Of a stretch of 64,000 nucleotides of DNA, positions 52,959 to 64,000 are shown in pieces. The notes below the pieces were generated by a model. That model saw only the letters and a program-made list of their open reading frames with translations, had not been told where the DNA came from and searched no databases. Both the position numbers and the translations under genes were made by a program. This DNA comes from Candidatus Latescibacterota bacterium (lineage in GTDB: Bacteria > Krumholzibacteriota > Krumholzibacteriia > WVZY01 > JAKEHA01): positions 64,001-128,000 of the forward strand of contig OY970173.1 of NCBI GenBank assembly GCA_963707635.1, in the 5' to 3' direction. How positions within the stretch are numbered: the first letter of the stretch is position 1; each line of letters begins with the position of its first letter.

Positions 52959-54221
52959 TCAGCGCGCGAGCAAAAGCGACACCGTCGCCCCTGCGATCAC
53001 CAGCGCGGCGGTCGGCACCACCCGCAGGCGCAGCGCGCGCCCTCCCAGCCACACCACCAGCGCGGTTTTCACCAGGGTGTTGACGAGCACGGCGATGCCG
53101 ATGGCCGTCACCGCCTGCTCCACGCCTCCGGTCAAGCGCGCGCGCTCCGCCATCGAAAGGGTCACCGCGTCGACGTCGGTGAGTCCGGCCGCCGCCACCA
53201 CGGCGTAGACGCCGCCCGCCGGCAACACGGCCTGCGCGCGGTCGACGAACACCGCGACACCGGCCAGGAGCAGCGCGAACCTCGCCGCAAAGGTGAGGCT
53301 GAACGGATTCTTGAGATGGACCGCGTCTGCCGCCGACGGTTCCAGGCTGTCGGCGCGCAGGTTCACGAGCGCTCCGGTGGCGGCGATCACGGCCATGGTG
53401 CCCATCGGCCACGCCAGATCGGCGGCGACCGGCCGGCTGACCACCGCCGCTTCGACCACCACGCGCACGAACATCACGGCCCACGCCAGCAGCACGCCGG
53501 CGGCGAGCGTTCGCGCGGCGCCGGGCTGTGACATGCCGCGGCTGCGTCGCGCGAGCGCGAGCGTCACGGCGGTCGAAGACACCAGTCCGCCGACGAGTCC
53601 GATCACCGAGGTGCCCCGTTGCGGTCCCATCCACCGCACGGCCACGTAACCCAGGAACGAGATGCCCGCGATCAGGATCACGAACCAGGTCAGCGTGTAG
53701 AGATTGAGCGCGCCCCAGGGATCCACCGGCTGGCGTGGGACGACCGGCAGCACGATGAATACCACGATCAGGAGCTTGATTACGGCGAAGATGTCGTCCC
53801 AGCCGATGCGCTCTACGATGCCGTGCAGCGTGCGCCGGAACGCGAGCACGGCCGAGGTCGCGATCGCGAGGGCCACGGCGATCTGTTCGTGCCCGTAGAC
53901 CGCGGCGCCGCCGAGCAGGTAGACCACCACGGTGGCGAATTCCGTGGTCAGACCGATCGACCCCGGCTGCGTGCGCACGTGCGCCACGTAGCCGGCCAGC
54001 ACGAACAGCGCGCACGCCAGCCCGGCGCCGGCGAAGACCCACGGCGACGCCGTCTCCATCGAGAGCCACGCGGCCACGCCGCCCGCCAGGGCGATGAGGA
54101 TGAAGGTGCGGAATCCGGCCGCGGCCTCTTCGTTCTGGGCGCGCTGCGACTTCTCGCGCTCCAGGCCGATGAGCGCCCCGATCAGGAGCGCGATCGCGAA
54201 TCTCACGAAGGGCGTGTCCAT
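52959..54221 (-). CDS. MgtC/SapB-DUF4010 membrane protein
   Basis: [34 protein letters not shown] and GLTDVDA. Confidence 0.9.
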   Translation of the reverse strand: MDTPFVRFAIALLIGALIGLEREKSQRAQNEEAAAGFRTFILIALAGGVAAWLSMETASPWVFAGAGLACALFVLAGYVAHVRTQPGSIGLTTEFATVVVYLLGGAAVYGHEQIAVALAIATSAVLAFRRTLHGIVERIGWDDIFAVIKLLIVVFIVLPVVPRQPVDPWGALNLYTLTWFVILIAGISFLGYVAVRWMGPQRGTSVIGLVGGLVSSTAVTLALARRSRGMSQPGAARTLAAGVLLAWAVMFVRVVVEAAVVSRPVAADLAWPMGTMAVIAATGALVNLRADSLEPSAADAVHLKNPFSLTFAARFALLLAGVAVFVDRAQAVLPAGGVYAVVAAAGLTDVDAVTLSMAERARLTGGVEQAVTAIGIAVLVNTLVKTALVVWLGGRALRLRVVPTAALVIAGATVSLLLAR

Positions 54222-54328
54222 CCCTCCATACTATACACCGGCGCGGATTCGTTGCGGGGGCGTCGTCCACGTCGTATACTCCCCCGCCTGTCGATGTTCG
54301 CACACCCGTCACACCGGGAGTTCATGCC

Positions 54329-55629
54329 ATGCGTCCAACTGCGTGCTCGTCGTCTCGCTGCTCCTCGCCGCACCGCTCGCGAACGCGCGTACCGTCGTTC
54401 ACGCGGGCCGTCTCATCGACGGCCGCAGCGCCGCCGTGCGCACGCAGGTGTCCATCATCGTCGACGGGGGCAAGATCGCCGACGTCGTCGACGGGTTTGT
54501 GGCGGCGCAGCCCGGGGACTCGGTCATCCCGCTGGAAGACCACACCGTCATGCCGGGGCTGATGGACATGCACGTGCACCTGACCGGTCAGCTTTCGCGC
54601 ACGTCGTACTCCGAAGAGTTCTATCTGAACCCCACCGACCTCGCGTTGCACGCGGCGCACTACGCGCGGCTCACGCTGCTCGCGGGCTTCACCACCGTTC
54701 GCAACGTCGGCGACGACGGCATGACGACCGTGTCGCTGCGCAACGCCATCCGCGCGGGGTACGCGGAGGGCCCCCGCATCTTCACCGCCGGCAAATCGAT
54801 CGCGACCACGGGCGGCCACGCGGACCCCACCAGCGGCTGGTGCCAGGCGCTCGAGGGCGACCCGGGTCCGGCCGAGGGCGTCGTCAACGGCGCCGACGAC
54901 GCGCGCAAGGCGGTCCGCCAGCGCTACAAAGAAGGCGCCGACCTGATCAAGATCACGGCCACCGGCGGCGTGTTGAGCCTGGCAACGAGCGGCGACAACG
55001 CGCAGTTCACCGACGACGAGCTGCGCGCAATCGTCCAGACCGCGAAAGACTATGGCTTCACGGTGGCGGCGCACGCGCACGGAGCCGAAGGGATGAAGCG
55101 CGCCGTCAACGCCGGCGTCACGTCGATCGAGCACGGCACCTACATGACCGATGAAATCATCAAGCTGATGAAGAAGAACGGGACGTACTACGTCCCCACC
55201 ATCGTGGCCGGGGTCACGGTGATGGAAAAGGCGCAGGAGGAGGGTTACCTCCCGGCCATCGTCCGCCCCAAGGCGGCGCGCATCGGCCCGCAGATCGAGG
55301 GCACGTTCACGCGCGCGTACCGGGCGGGAGTCAAGATCGCGTTCGGCACCGACAGCGGCGTATCGCCGCACGGCCAGAACGCGCGCGAATTCGAACTGAT
55401 GGTGAAGTGCGGCATGCCGCCGATGACCGCGATCCAGTGCGCCACCATCCAGGCGGCGAAGCTCCTGCGCGTGGACGACCGGCTCGGGAGCGTCGAGAAG
55501 GGCAAGATCGCGGACCTGGTGGCCGTGGCCGGAGACCCGACCGAGAACATCGCGCTCATGCGCGACGTGAGATTCGTGATGAAGGAAGGCGTGGTCTACA
55601 AGCGCGACGGCCGGCCGGTCGCGCGCTAG
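54329..55629 (+). CDS. Secreted amidohydrolase (Xaa-Pro dipeptidase-like); start approximate
   Basis: [38 protein letters not shown] and FGTDSG. ATG 54329 is out of frame with the signal peptide (probable indel). Confidence 0.88.
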
Positions 55630-55630
55630 T

Positions 55631-57772
<2,142 letters not shown>

Positions 57773-57788
57773 GGGGCGCGGCGTGGAT

Positions 57789-58283
57789 TCAGGCGGGGCG
57801 TTGCCGGTGGCGGTGGGTCTCGTAGGCGTTCGCGAGCCAGTCCGCGACTTTCCTGACTTCGACCTCCGTGCGCGCGTCGAAGGCGTCGATCTCGTGGCTG
57901 TCGATATCGATCTGCGCGAAGATGGTGTCGCCCTTGCGAATCAGCACCACCAGTTCCGAGCGCGTGGCGCTCGAGCAGGCGAGGTAGTTCGGTTCTTTCG
58001 ACACGTCGGGGACGTTCTTGTCGCGCCCTTCGGCGACCGCACTCCCGCACACGCCCTGACCGATCGAGATGAATACGTGGTCGGTGGGCGCGCCGATGAA
58101 GGGACCGAGTCGCAGCACGCGGTCGGGAAACAGCTCGTAGATGCCGGTCCAGTGGAAGTCCGGGTGGGCGTGGTGCAGGTACTCGACCGCGCTGGAAAGC
58201 ACGGCGTCGAAATTCACGCCGGAGGCGGCGAGTTGGTCGAGACGCTGGCAGATTCCTGCGCCGTCCAGGGTCGGCCCGGTCAT
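57789..58283 (-). CDS. GAF-domain protein, free methionine-R-sulfoxide reductase (MsrC/YebR)-like
   Basis: WTGIY, LGPFIG, GQGVCG, VPDV, YLACSSATRSELVV and IDIDS. Confidence 0.85.
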   Translation of the reverse strand: MTGPTLDGAGICQRLDQLAASGVNFDAVLSSAVEYLHHAHPDFHWTGIYELFPDRVLRLGPFIGAPTDHVFISIGQGVCGSAVAEGRDKNVPDVSKEPNYLACSSATRSELVVLIRKGDTIFAQIDIDSHEIDAFDARTEVEVRKVADWLANAYETHRHRQRPA

Positions 58284-58367
58284 GCGCACCCTCCTAAGTC
58301 GCTGGGCGGGATGTGGTTCGACCCGCGCGGTGACGCCGCGCCGGGGTGACGCGCGGTCAATCCGCAA

Positions 58368-59198
58368 CTAGCATGCCAGACGTTTACCGATCGCGTAGTA
58401 CACGTTGCGGGGGTAGCTGATGCGCTCACCGAAGCGCTGCCCGAACACCTCGCGCGCGCGGGCGCGGTACCGCTCCCACGACGGGCCGTCCAGGAGTGCC
58501 AGGAGCGCCCGGCCGCTCGCGCATACCTCGCGGGCTTCGAGGTACTGCTCGACGGTCATGGCGAAGGTGAACGTGCGGGTTCCGGTGTCCACGGGCTCGA
58601 AGCCGGCTGCCGCCAGCACCGATTCCAGCCCTCCGGGCTTCGAAAGCATCGCTTCGCCGGGGAGCACGCACGCGGCGGCGGACACCGCCACCTCCGCGGA
58701 AACGAACTCGTGGACGACGCCGGTCCACGCGCGAGCGAGGTCGTCATCGGACGCCGCCCACGCGCTCAAGCCGATCCGGCCCGCCGGCCGGAGCACCCGC
58801 CCCATCTCGCGCACCGACGCGACGGCGTCGTCGACGTGCGTGAGCACGAAGGCCGAAAGCACCAGGTCGAAGCTCCCCGCGACGAACGGCAGGTACGGGA
58901 GCATGCCGACCACGGTGAGGTCGATCCCGCCCCGCTGCGCGGCTTCCAGCATCGGCGCCGACGGATCGACGGCGACCACGCGGCCCCCGGCGCCCACCGA
59001 GCGGGCGGCCGCCCGGGCCACCGCGCCGGTGCCGGCTCCCACGTCGAGCACGTGATCGCCGCGCGCCGGCGCCGCGATCGCCAGAAGCTCGCGGGCCGGC
59101 CGATCGAACATGAGCGGCGCGTTGAGCCGCTCGTATACAGCGGCCGCGTCGTCGTAGGAGCGAGCCCGGCGGATCAGACGCTCGTCGAAGGAGTTCAT
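58368..59198 (-). CDS. UbiE-like class I SAM-dependent methyltransferase
   Basis: VLDVGAGTG, LPFVAGSFD and RVLRPAGR. Confidence 0.85.
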   Translation of the reverse strand: MNSFDERLIRRARSYDDAAAVYERLNAPLMFDRPARELLAIAAPARGDHVLDVGAGTGAVARAAARSVGAGGRVVAVDPSAPMLEAAQRGGIDLTVVGMLPYLPFVAGSFDLVLSAFVLTHVDDAVASVREMGRVLRPAGRIGLSAWAASDDDLARAWTGVVHEFVSAEVAVSAAACVLPGEAMLSKPGGLESVLAAAGFEPVDTGTRTFTFAMTVEQYLEAREVCASGRALLALLDGPSWERYRARAREVFGQRFGERISYPRNVYYAIGKRLAC

Positions 59199-59211
59199 CG
59201 TATGGCCGCGG

Positions 59212-59859
59212 TCAGTTGGATCGATCCGGCGAGAGCGCGGTGATCTCTTGCTCGAGCTCGGCGAGAGGCAGCGGCCCCGTGTGGCGCGCCACCGCGGTCC
59301 CGTCGGGAGCGACCAGGTAGAGGGTCGGCAGCACCTTCACCCGCAGCCGTTCCCACGCCGCGCTCTCGTTCGCGTCGACGACGATCGGATAGCCGACCGG
59401 GTGCTTCGCAAGGAACTTGCGCACCTTCTTTTCCCGGTCGCTTCCCTGATCCACGGATACGCCGATCACCACGACGTCGCCGCCGTATCGCTTCTGCAGC
59501 GCGTCGAGATCGGGCATCGACTCGACACACGGCTTGCACCACGTTGCCCAGAAGTCGACGAGCACGATCTTGCCGTGGAGCCGGGAGGTGCTGATCGTGT
59601 CCCCGGCGAGCGAAACAAGCGTCATCTCGGGAAACGGCCCGGGCACGAAGACGTACGCGTACGGATCCTGGTCGAATTCCGCGGCGCACTTCGCGGAACA
59701 GAAGGAGAGCTCGCGGCCGTCCAGCTGTCGGGTGGCAACGGCCTCTTCTTCCCGGGTCTCGCCCCCCAGCGCGCAGACCGCGCACAACGCTTTCCCGGCC
59801 CGCGCGCCGTCCGCGACCGCCGAGACGACTACGAGGAAAAGTGCGATCCACGCCTTCAT
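59212..59859 (-). CDS. Exported YHS/TRASH-like domain + TlpA thioredoxin fusion
   Basis: Signal MKAWIALFLVVVSAVA, CAVC...FCSAKCAAEFDQDP, then GKIVLVDFWATWCKPC and VLPT; the start overlaps the upstream stop (TGATG). Confidence 0.85.
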   Translation of the reverse strand: MKAWIALFLVVVSAVADGARAGKALCAVCALGGETREEEAVATRQLDGRELSFCSAKCAAEFDQDPYAYVFVPGPFPEMTLVSLAGDTISTSRLHGKIVLVDFWATWCKPCVESMPDLDALQKRYGGDVVVIGVSVDQGSDREKKVRKFLAKHPVGYPIVVDANESAAWERLRVKVLPTLYLVAPDGTAVARHTGPLPLAELEQEITALSPDRSN

Positions 59860-60494
59860 CAGAACCCTCCCGCGATTGAAATCCCGAACGTGTCCATCCA
59901 CACCGCCATCAGGCTGACGCCTATCCTCTCGCCGAACCAGCTGGCGAGAACGTGCGAGCGCTGGCCGTCGTACATGTAGCGCGTGGAGAAGCCGCGCCAC
60001 ACGAACCATTCCGCTCCGAACGGATAGTTGAACCCGTCGTCCCACTCCGAGTAGTTGAGACTCCCATACACCGAAACCGGAATCCGGGGCGCCAGCTTCG
60101 ACACGGTCAGATAGTACGACTGCGTTCCCTCCGGCGACCCGATCCGGTCCGAGCTGGTCCCGAGGAAGGCCGCCGGCCGGCGCCCGGTTTCGGTCAGGAG
60201 GAACACGCTCGCGAGCGGGACGACTTCGCTGACCACCGGATTGTACTCGACCCCGATCTGGGCGCGCGGGTGAACCCGATAGTTCGCCGTCAGCCTCCAG
60301 CGCGGACGCTCCTCGTCCGTGTCGACGTAGCGCGCCGAGAACGACCAGGTGGTTTGGATTCCGCCCCCCCGGAGCGGCGCGCCTTCGCCGGGTCAGCCGC
60401 TTCAGGTGGGGGTCTGTGACGTCGGCGGCCCGGCGCTCGCGGGAACGCACCACGCCACGAGGAGGATGAGAGATGTCAGTTGAAGCAGGTGCAT
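59859..60494 (-). CDS. Candidate exported selenoprotein with U-S-G-U motif and beta-barrel-like body (211 aa if both TGA are read through)
   Basis: ATG 60494 gives MHLLQLTSLILLVAWCVPASAGPPTSQTPT-TGA(60404-60402)-S-G-TGA(60395-60393)-PGEGAPLRGGGIQTTWSFSARYVDT...QIGVEYNPVVSEVVPLASVFLL, continuing in frame into ORF 59859..60236 and ending ISIAGGF. Confidence 0.7.
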
Positions 60495-60511
60495 GAAACG
60501 ATTCGCCTCGC

Positions 60512-62821
60512 CTAGAGACGCCATGATACCCCGAAGAGCCAGTTGCGTCCCGCCATCCGGTAGCGCGCGACCTCTTCGTAGACCGTGTCGAGCAGGTTGC
60601 CCACCCTGGCGCTGACCGTCACGCGGGGAGTGAGGCTGAACTGCGCGTTGGCGTTGAGCACCGAGAACGCGTCCGGCGCCTGTCGGGGATAGAGAAATAC
60701 TTCGTCGATCGCGCTTCGATAGCGCGCGTCGCCGTGGAGCAGCCAGCGCTTCCACAGCACGTCGAGTGAGAGATTCGCGGAGTGTTTGGGCCGGTACGGG
60801 AGATAGTCGTCGGTCCGGCCGGGTGACTGGTCCCGCGCGTCGAGATACGCGTAGTTCGCTGAGGCCGTGAGTATTCCCAGGCGCGACGTGACCGTCGCCT
60901 CGATTCCCTGCATGAGCGCGTCGTTCAGGTTGCGCACCTGATAGACGGTCACGCCCAATGACTCGGCAATCTGTTCGAAGTAGATGAGGTCTTCGTAATC
61001 GTAGCGGTACGCGGCCACATCGAGGTCGAACGCCGGCGCGGGATTCCAGCGCGCGCCCACCTCCGCCGAGGCGACGATGTGTTCGGCGCCGAGGTCCGGG
61101 TTGGGCACGAGGTCGATGCCGCCGCCGATCTCGCGCTCCTGGAAGAGCTCCGCGATCGTGGGCGCCCGGAACGCCTGTCCGAACAACGCGCGCAGCGCCA
61201 GCTCCGGCCGGACCGTCCACACCAGCCCCAGCTTCGGGCTCACCTGATCGAGCGTGCGGACCCCGACCAGATGATTCCAGTCGTAGCGGGCACCGATGGT
61301 GGCGGCGAGGCTGCGGACGATGGTGATGTCGTCCTGCACGAACAGCGCGTAGTTGTTGATCTGGTGGTCTCCGTAGAGCGTCGTGTCCGGCGACGACAGC
61401 ACGTAGTCGAGCTGAAAATCCCCCCCCGCGACCAGGTGGTGCCGCTCGCCCCAGCGGAGATCACCCTGGCTGATCGCCCCGATTTTGTCCCCCAGGATCT
61501 CGGTGGCGAAACCGAAGGGCTCGTTGCCGGGCAGCTCGCGATCGGGGTCGTTCGGGTTGAAGGTCGAACGCTGCTCGTGGTGGAAGTAATACGCGCGGGT
61601 GGAGTAGCGGGTCCGTTCGCTGAAGCCCGAATAGTGCAGGTCGGCGCTGCCGTAGTCCTTGTGCTGGCGGTCGTCGGTGAAGGAATCGCGCACCTGCAGG
61701 GGTTCCGCCGCGCTCAACCAGGCGTGCGGATAGTCGTTCTCCGCGCGGCCGCCGCCCAGCGTCAGCTCGAGCTTTCGATGCGAATCGACGTCGCAGACGA
61801 TCTTGCCGAACAGGTCGTAGAACGCGTAGGCGGTGTTCTCGCTGAAGCCGTCCGATCCCTTCCAGCTCGCGCTCACCAGATAGCGCAGGTCGGGCGCGAA
61901 CGCGATCGGACCGGAGACGTCCGCGGTGACCTCGCCCTGCAGCGGCGTTTCGTCGGTGTAGCTGACCGGACTCTTTTCGAAAAACCCCAGCTTGAAGTCG
62001 AGCCTGCCGACCAGCGAGTCGCTGGGCCGGCGGGTGATCACGTTGACGACGCCGCCCATCGCCGTCGAGCCGTAGAGGCTCGAGAACGCTCCTTTCACGA
62101 TCTCGACGCGATCGATGAACTGCGTCGGGACCAGGCTCCAGAAGGCGCCGCCGGTGTCCGAAGTCAGCGCCGGGCGTCCGTCGATGAGCAGCAGCACGCG
62201 ATTCCCGACGCCGCCGCCCGCAATGTCGGAACTGCCCCGAATCTGGATCGACTGCACGGAGATGCCGGTGGTCCGAAAGGCGTTGAGGCCGGAAACGGCT
62301 TCGATCGATTGATCGAACGTGATCGGCGCGCGGCGCGCAATGTCGTCCTGGTCGACCACCTCCACGCTGGCGGGCGCCATGCGCGCGGTCTGCTCGACGC
62401 GCGTGGCGGTCACGATCACCGGGTCGGTCGTGATCGCGGACGCCTCGAGCGCAATGTCGACGCGAGTGGTGTCGCCGGCGTCCACCCGCACGCCCGGCCG
62501 GGAGAACGCGGCGTAGCCGATGCGAGAGATGGTCAGACGGTACACCCCGGGGGGCAGCTCACGTATCACGTAGTGGCCGCGCGTGTCGGAGGTCGCGCCG
62601 CGTCTGGTCGAATCGATCCGGACGGTGGAGAAGCTCAACCCGGCCCCGGTCGCCGCGTCGGTGACGCGTCCCACGATCACTCCCAACGAAGCGGGCGACG
62701 GGCGGGTTGCGCCCGCCTGGGGGAACGCGCGCGGCGCGCCGAGGCCCAGGCCCGTGAGCACGCATGCAGCTCCGGCCACAGCCCGGACTCGGCCGCCGAT
62801 GCGATCGGTCGCGGCGCGCAT
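60512..62821 (-). CDS. TonB-dependent receptor with N-terminal carboxypeptidase-regulatory-like domain
   Basis: GRVTDAATGAGL, VIVTATR, IQIRGS, VLLLIDGRP, IDRVEIVKGAFSSLYGSTAMGGVVNVIT, FRAPTIAEL and NLLD...GRNW. Confidence 0.93.
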   Translation of the reverse strand: MRAATDRIGGRVRAVAGAACVLTGLGLGAPRAFPQAGATRPSPASLGVIVGRVTDAATGAGLSFSTVRIDSTRRGATSDTRGHYVIRELPPGVYRLTISRIGYAAFSRPGVRVDAGDTTRVDIALEASAITTDPVIVTATRVEQTARMAPASVEVVDQDDIARRAPITFDQSIEAVSGLNAFRTTGISVQSIQIRGSSDIAGGGVGNRVLLLIDGRPALTSDTGGAFWSLVPTQFIDRVEIVKGAFSSLYGSTAMGGVVNVITRRPSDSLVGRLDFKLGFFEKSPVSYTDETPLQGEVTADVSGPIAFAPDLRYLVSASWKGSDGFSENTAYAFYDLFGKIVCDVDSHRKLELTLGGGRAENDYPHAWLSAAEPLQVRDSFTDDRQHKDYGSADLHYSGFSERTRYSTRAYYFHHEQRSTFNPNDPDRELPGNEPFGFATEILGDKIGAISQGDLRWGERHHLVAGGDFQLDYVLSSPDTTLYGDHQINNYALFVQDDITIVRSLAATIGARYDWNHLVGVRTLDQVSPKLGLVWTVRPELALRALFGQAFRAPTIAELFQEREIGGGIDLVPNPDLGAEHIVASAEVGARWNPAPAFDLDVAAYRYDYEDLIYFEQIAESLGVTVYQVRNLNDALMQGIEATVTSRLGILTASANYAYLDARDQSPGRTDDYLPYRPKHSANLSLDVLWKRWLLHGDARYRSAIDEVFLYPRQAPDAFSVLNANAQFSLTPRVTVSARVGNLLDTVYEEVARYRMAGRNWLFGVSWRL

Positions 62822-62828
62822 GCGAGGA

Positions 62829-63329
62829 CTACGGCGCCAGGGCGAGATCGGCGACGAAGTCCAACCCACTGCGGTGGATATTCGACCCCGCCAGATTCAG
62901 CGAGGTGGGGCCAGGGGCCTGCGGCGCGATCTTGCTGCCGTTCCAGGCGACTCCCACGCTGTCCACAAAGGTCCAGTACATCCCCAGCAGGGTGGCGCTG
63001 CCCGGAACGGACGGGTTGCGCCAGCTCACGTAAATCGCGGCGTAGCTGCCTTCCTCGAGGCCGGTCAGGCTGAAGGTGTACTCGCTCACGCCGGGCGCGA
63101 TGGGGTTGGTGTAACCATCCGGCGGACCATCGGGCACGAGGTCGGCCGGCAGGACGGAGTATATCGACACCTGGACATCGCCCGTCGCGGGCCAGGAACC
63201 CGTGTTGACGAACGTCACCTTGCCCTCGACGCTGGCGGGGCCGGCAGGTTGCGCGGGGTTGTCGTCGCCACACGAGCTGATCATCGTCGCCACGCCCATC
63301 ATCGCCAGGAACAAGAACATGCGTCTCAT
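62829..63329 (-). CDS. Lipoprotein of unknown function
   Basis: MRRMFLFLAMMGVATMISSC lipobox; beta-rich body; first gene of the TonB-receptor operon. Confidence 0.75.
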   Translation of the reverse strand: MRRMFLFLAMMGVATMISSCGDDNPAQPAGPASVEGKVTFVNTGSWPATGDVQVSIYSVLPADLVPDGPPDGYTNPIAPGVSEYTFSLTGLEEGSYAAIYVSWRNPSVPGSATLLGMYWTFVDSVGVAWNGSKIAPQAPGPTSLNLAGSNIHRSGLDFVADLALAP

Positions 63330-63452
63330 GGAGTTTCCCCGTGTTAAGGTGGAAGTGTTCAATTGTCTGCGCGAACCGCCAGAAAAGACATTGAACTCTG
63401 GGTCACGATCGCATAGGTTTAGTCAGGTTTGCCAAATAAAGCAGAGAGCCCC

Positions 63453-64000
63453 ATGTTTCGTCAAGGTACCACTGCCGAAGAGACCCGCTGGCTGACCCTA
63501 ACGGAAGCGGCGGAGGCCCTCCGGGTGCATCCGACCACGCTCCGCCGCTGGTCCGATTCGGGTCAGATCCCCGTGTTCTTGACCCCCGGCGGCCACCGGC
63601 GGTTCGCCGCGTCGGACGTCAAGCACATGTCGGTGCGCCGGCATGCCGTGCGGCGGGTCGGCCCGGTCGAACGGATCTGGGCCGACCAGGCGCTTACACT
63701 GGCCCGAAAGCAGCTCGCCAATCAGGAGCAGGAGCGCTGGCTCAAGCGGCACGACGGTCCCGCGCGGGATCGCAACCGGCAGATGGGCCATCAGCTCATG
63801 GCCCTCATCCTCGAGTACGTGACCGGCGAGAACGACGACGAGCGCCCGGTGCGACAGGCGCGCTCCATCGGTGTCCAGTACGGCCACGCGTCGCGCGAGC
63901 TGGGCCTGCCGCTCACCGACGCCCTCCAGGCCGCGATGTTTTTCCGCGACACGCTCACGACCTCGGCGGTCGCGCTGCCCGGCAACGTGCGCATCCCGAT
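63453..64000 (+). CDS. Excisionase/BldC-like (MerR-type) HTH regulator with helical C-terminal domain, truncated by the window edge
   Basis: Absent from the ORF track. Hand translation gives MFRQGTTAEETRWLTLTEAAEALRVHPTTLRRWSDSGQIPVFLTPGGHRRF...ARSIGVQYGHASRELGLPLTDALQAAMFFRDTL. Confidence 0.85.
   Translation, partial: MFRQGTTAEETRWLTLTEAAEALRVHPTTLRRWSDSGQIPVFLTPGGHRRFAASDVKHMSVRRHAVRRVGPVERIWADQALTLARKQLANQEQERWLKRHDGPARDRNRQMGHQLMALILEYVTGENDDERPVRQARSIGVQYGHASRELGLPLTDALQAAMFFRDTLTTSAVALPGNVRIP

Noticed and set aside
60393..60404. Genome-wide TGA recoding (Trp/Gly) as the cause of the two in-frame TGAs
   Set aside because: TGA terminates conserved genes at expected positions (dch, oah, had, icmF), and Trp is encoded by TGG.
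63453..64000. Excisionase-like HTH as a sign of a prophage or ICE
   Set aside because: It has a long C-terminal domain, and no integrase, att site or phage genes are in view; it looks like a transcription regulator.

Overview
High-GC bacterial DNA with many single-base frameshifts, most consistent with an imperfect long-read/MAG consensus. The abundance of secreted proteins with FlgD-Ig/T9SS-type C-terminal domains suggests an FCB-group lineage such as Krumholzibacteriota/Latescibacterota/Eisenbacteria (inference only). Contents from left to right: (1) an anaerobic benzoyl-CoA operon (had-oah-dch-bcrC, running off the left edge); (2) a two-gene ATP-dependent activase/2-hydroxyacyl-CoA-dehydratase-like system split by about 21 kb, with the same palindromic site above both halves; (3) inside that gap, four secreted 8-repeat beta-propeller paralogs, a methyltransferase, an exported TPR-CHAT protease + ECF sigma + zinc-finger anti-sigma module, and a fifth secreted protein; both secreted-protein units carry the same ECF-type promoter motif; (4) metabolic, transport and signalling genes (icmF, asnB, NSS transporter with an unannotated small subunit, Ser/Thr kinase opposite an FHA-GAF-PP2C phosphatase, a monoheme cytochrome-porin cluster); (5) at the right end, an operon of lipoprotein, TonB-dependent receptor, a hidden exported protein with two in-frame TGA codons in U-x-x-U spacing (candidate double selenoprotein, split by the ORF track) and a YHS-TlpA thioredoxin. 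The UxxU/TonB operon and the CHAT-ECF circuit are the best candidates for undescribed systems. No rRNA, tRNA, CRISPR array or intact mobile element was seen.
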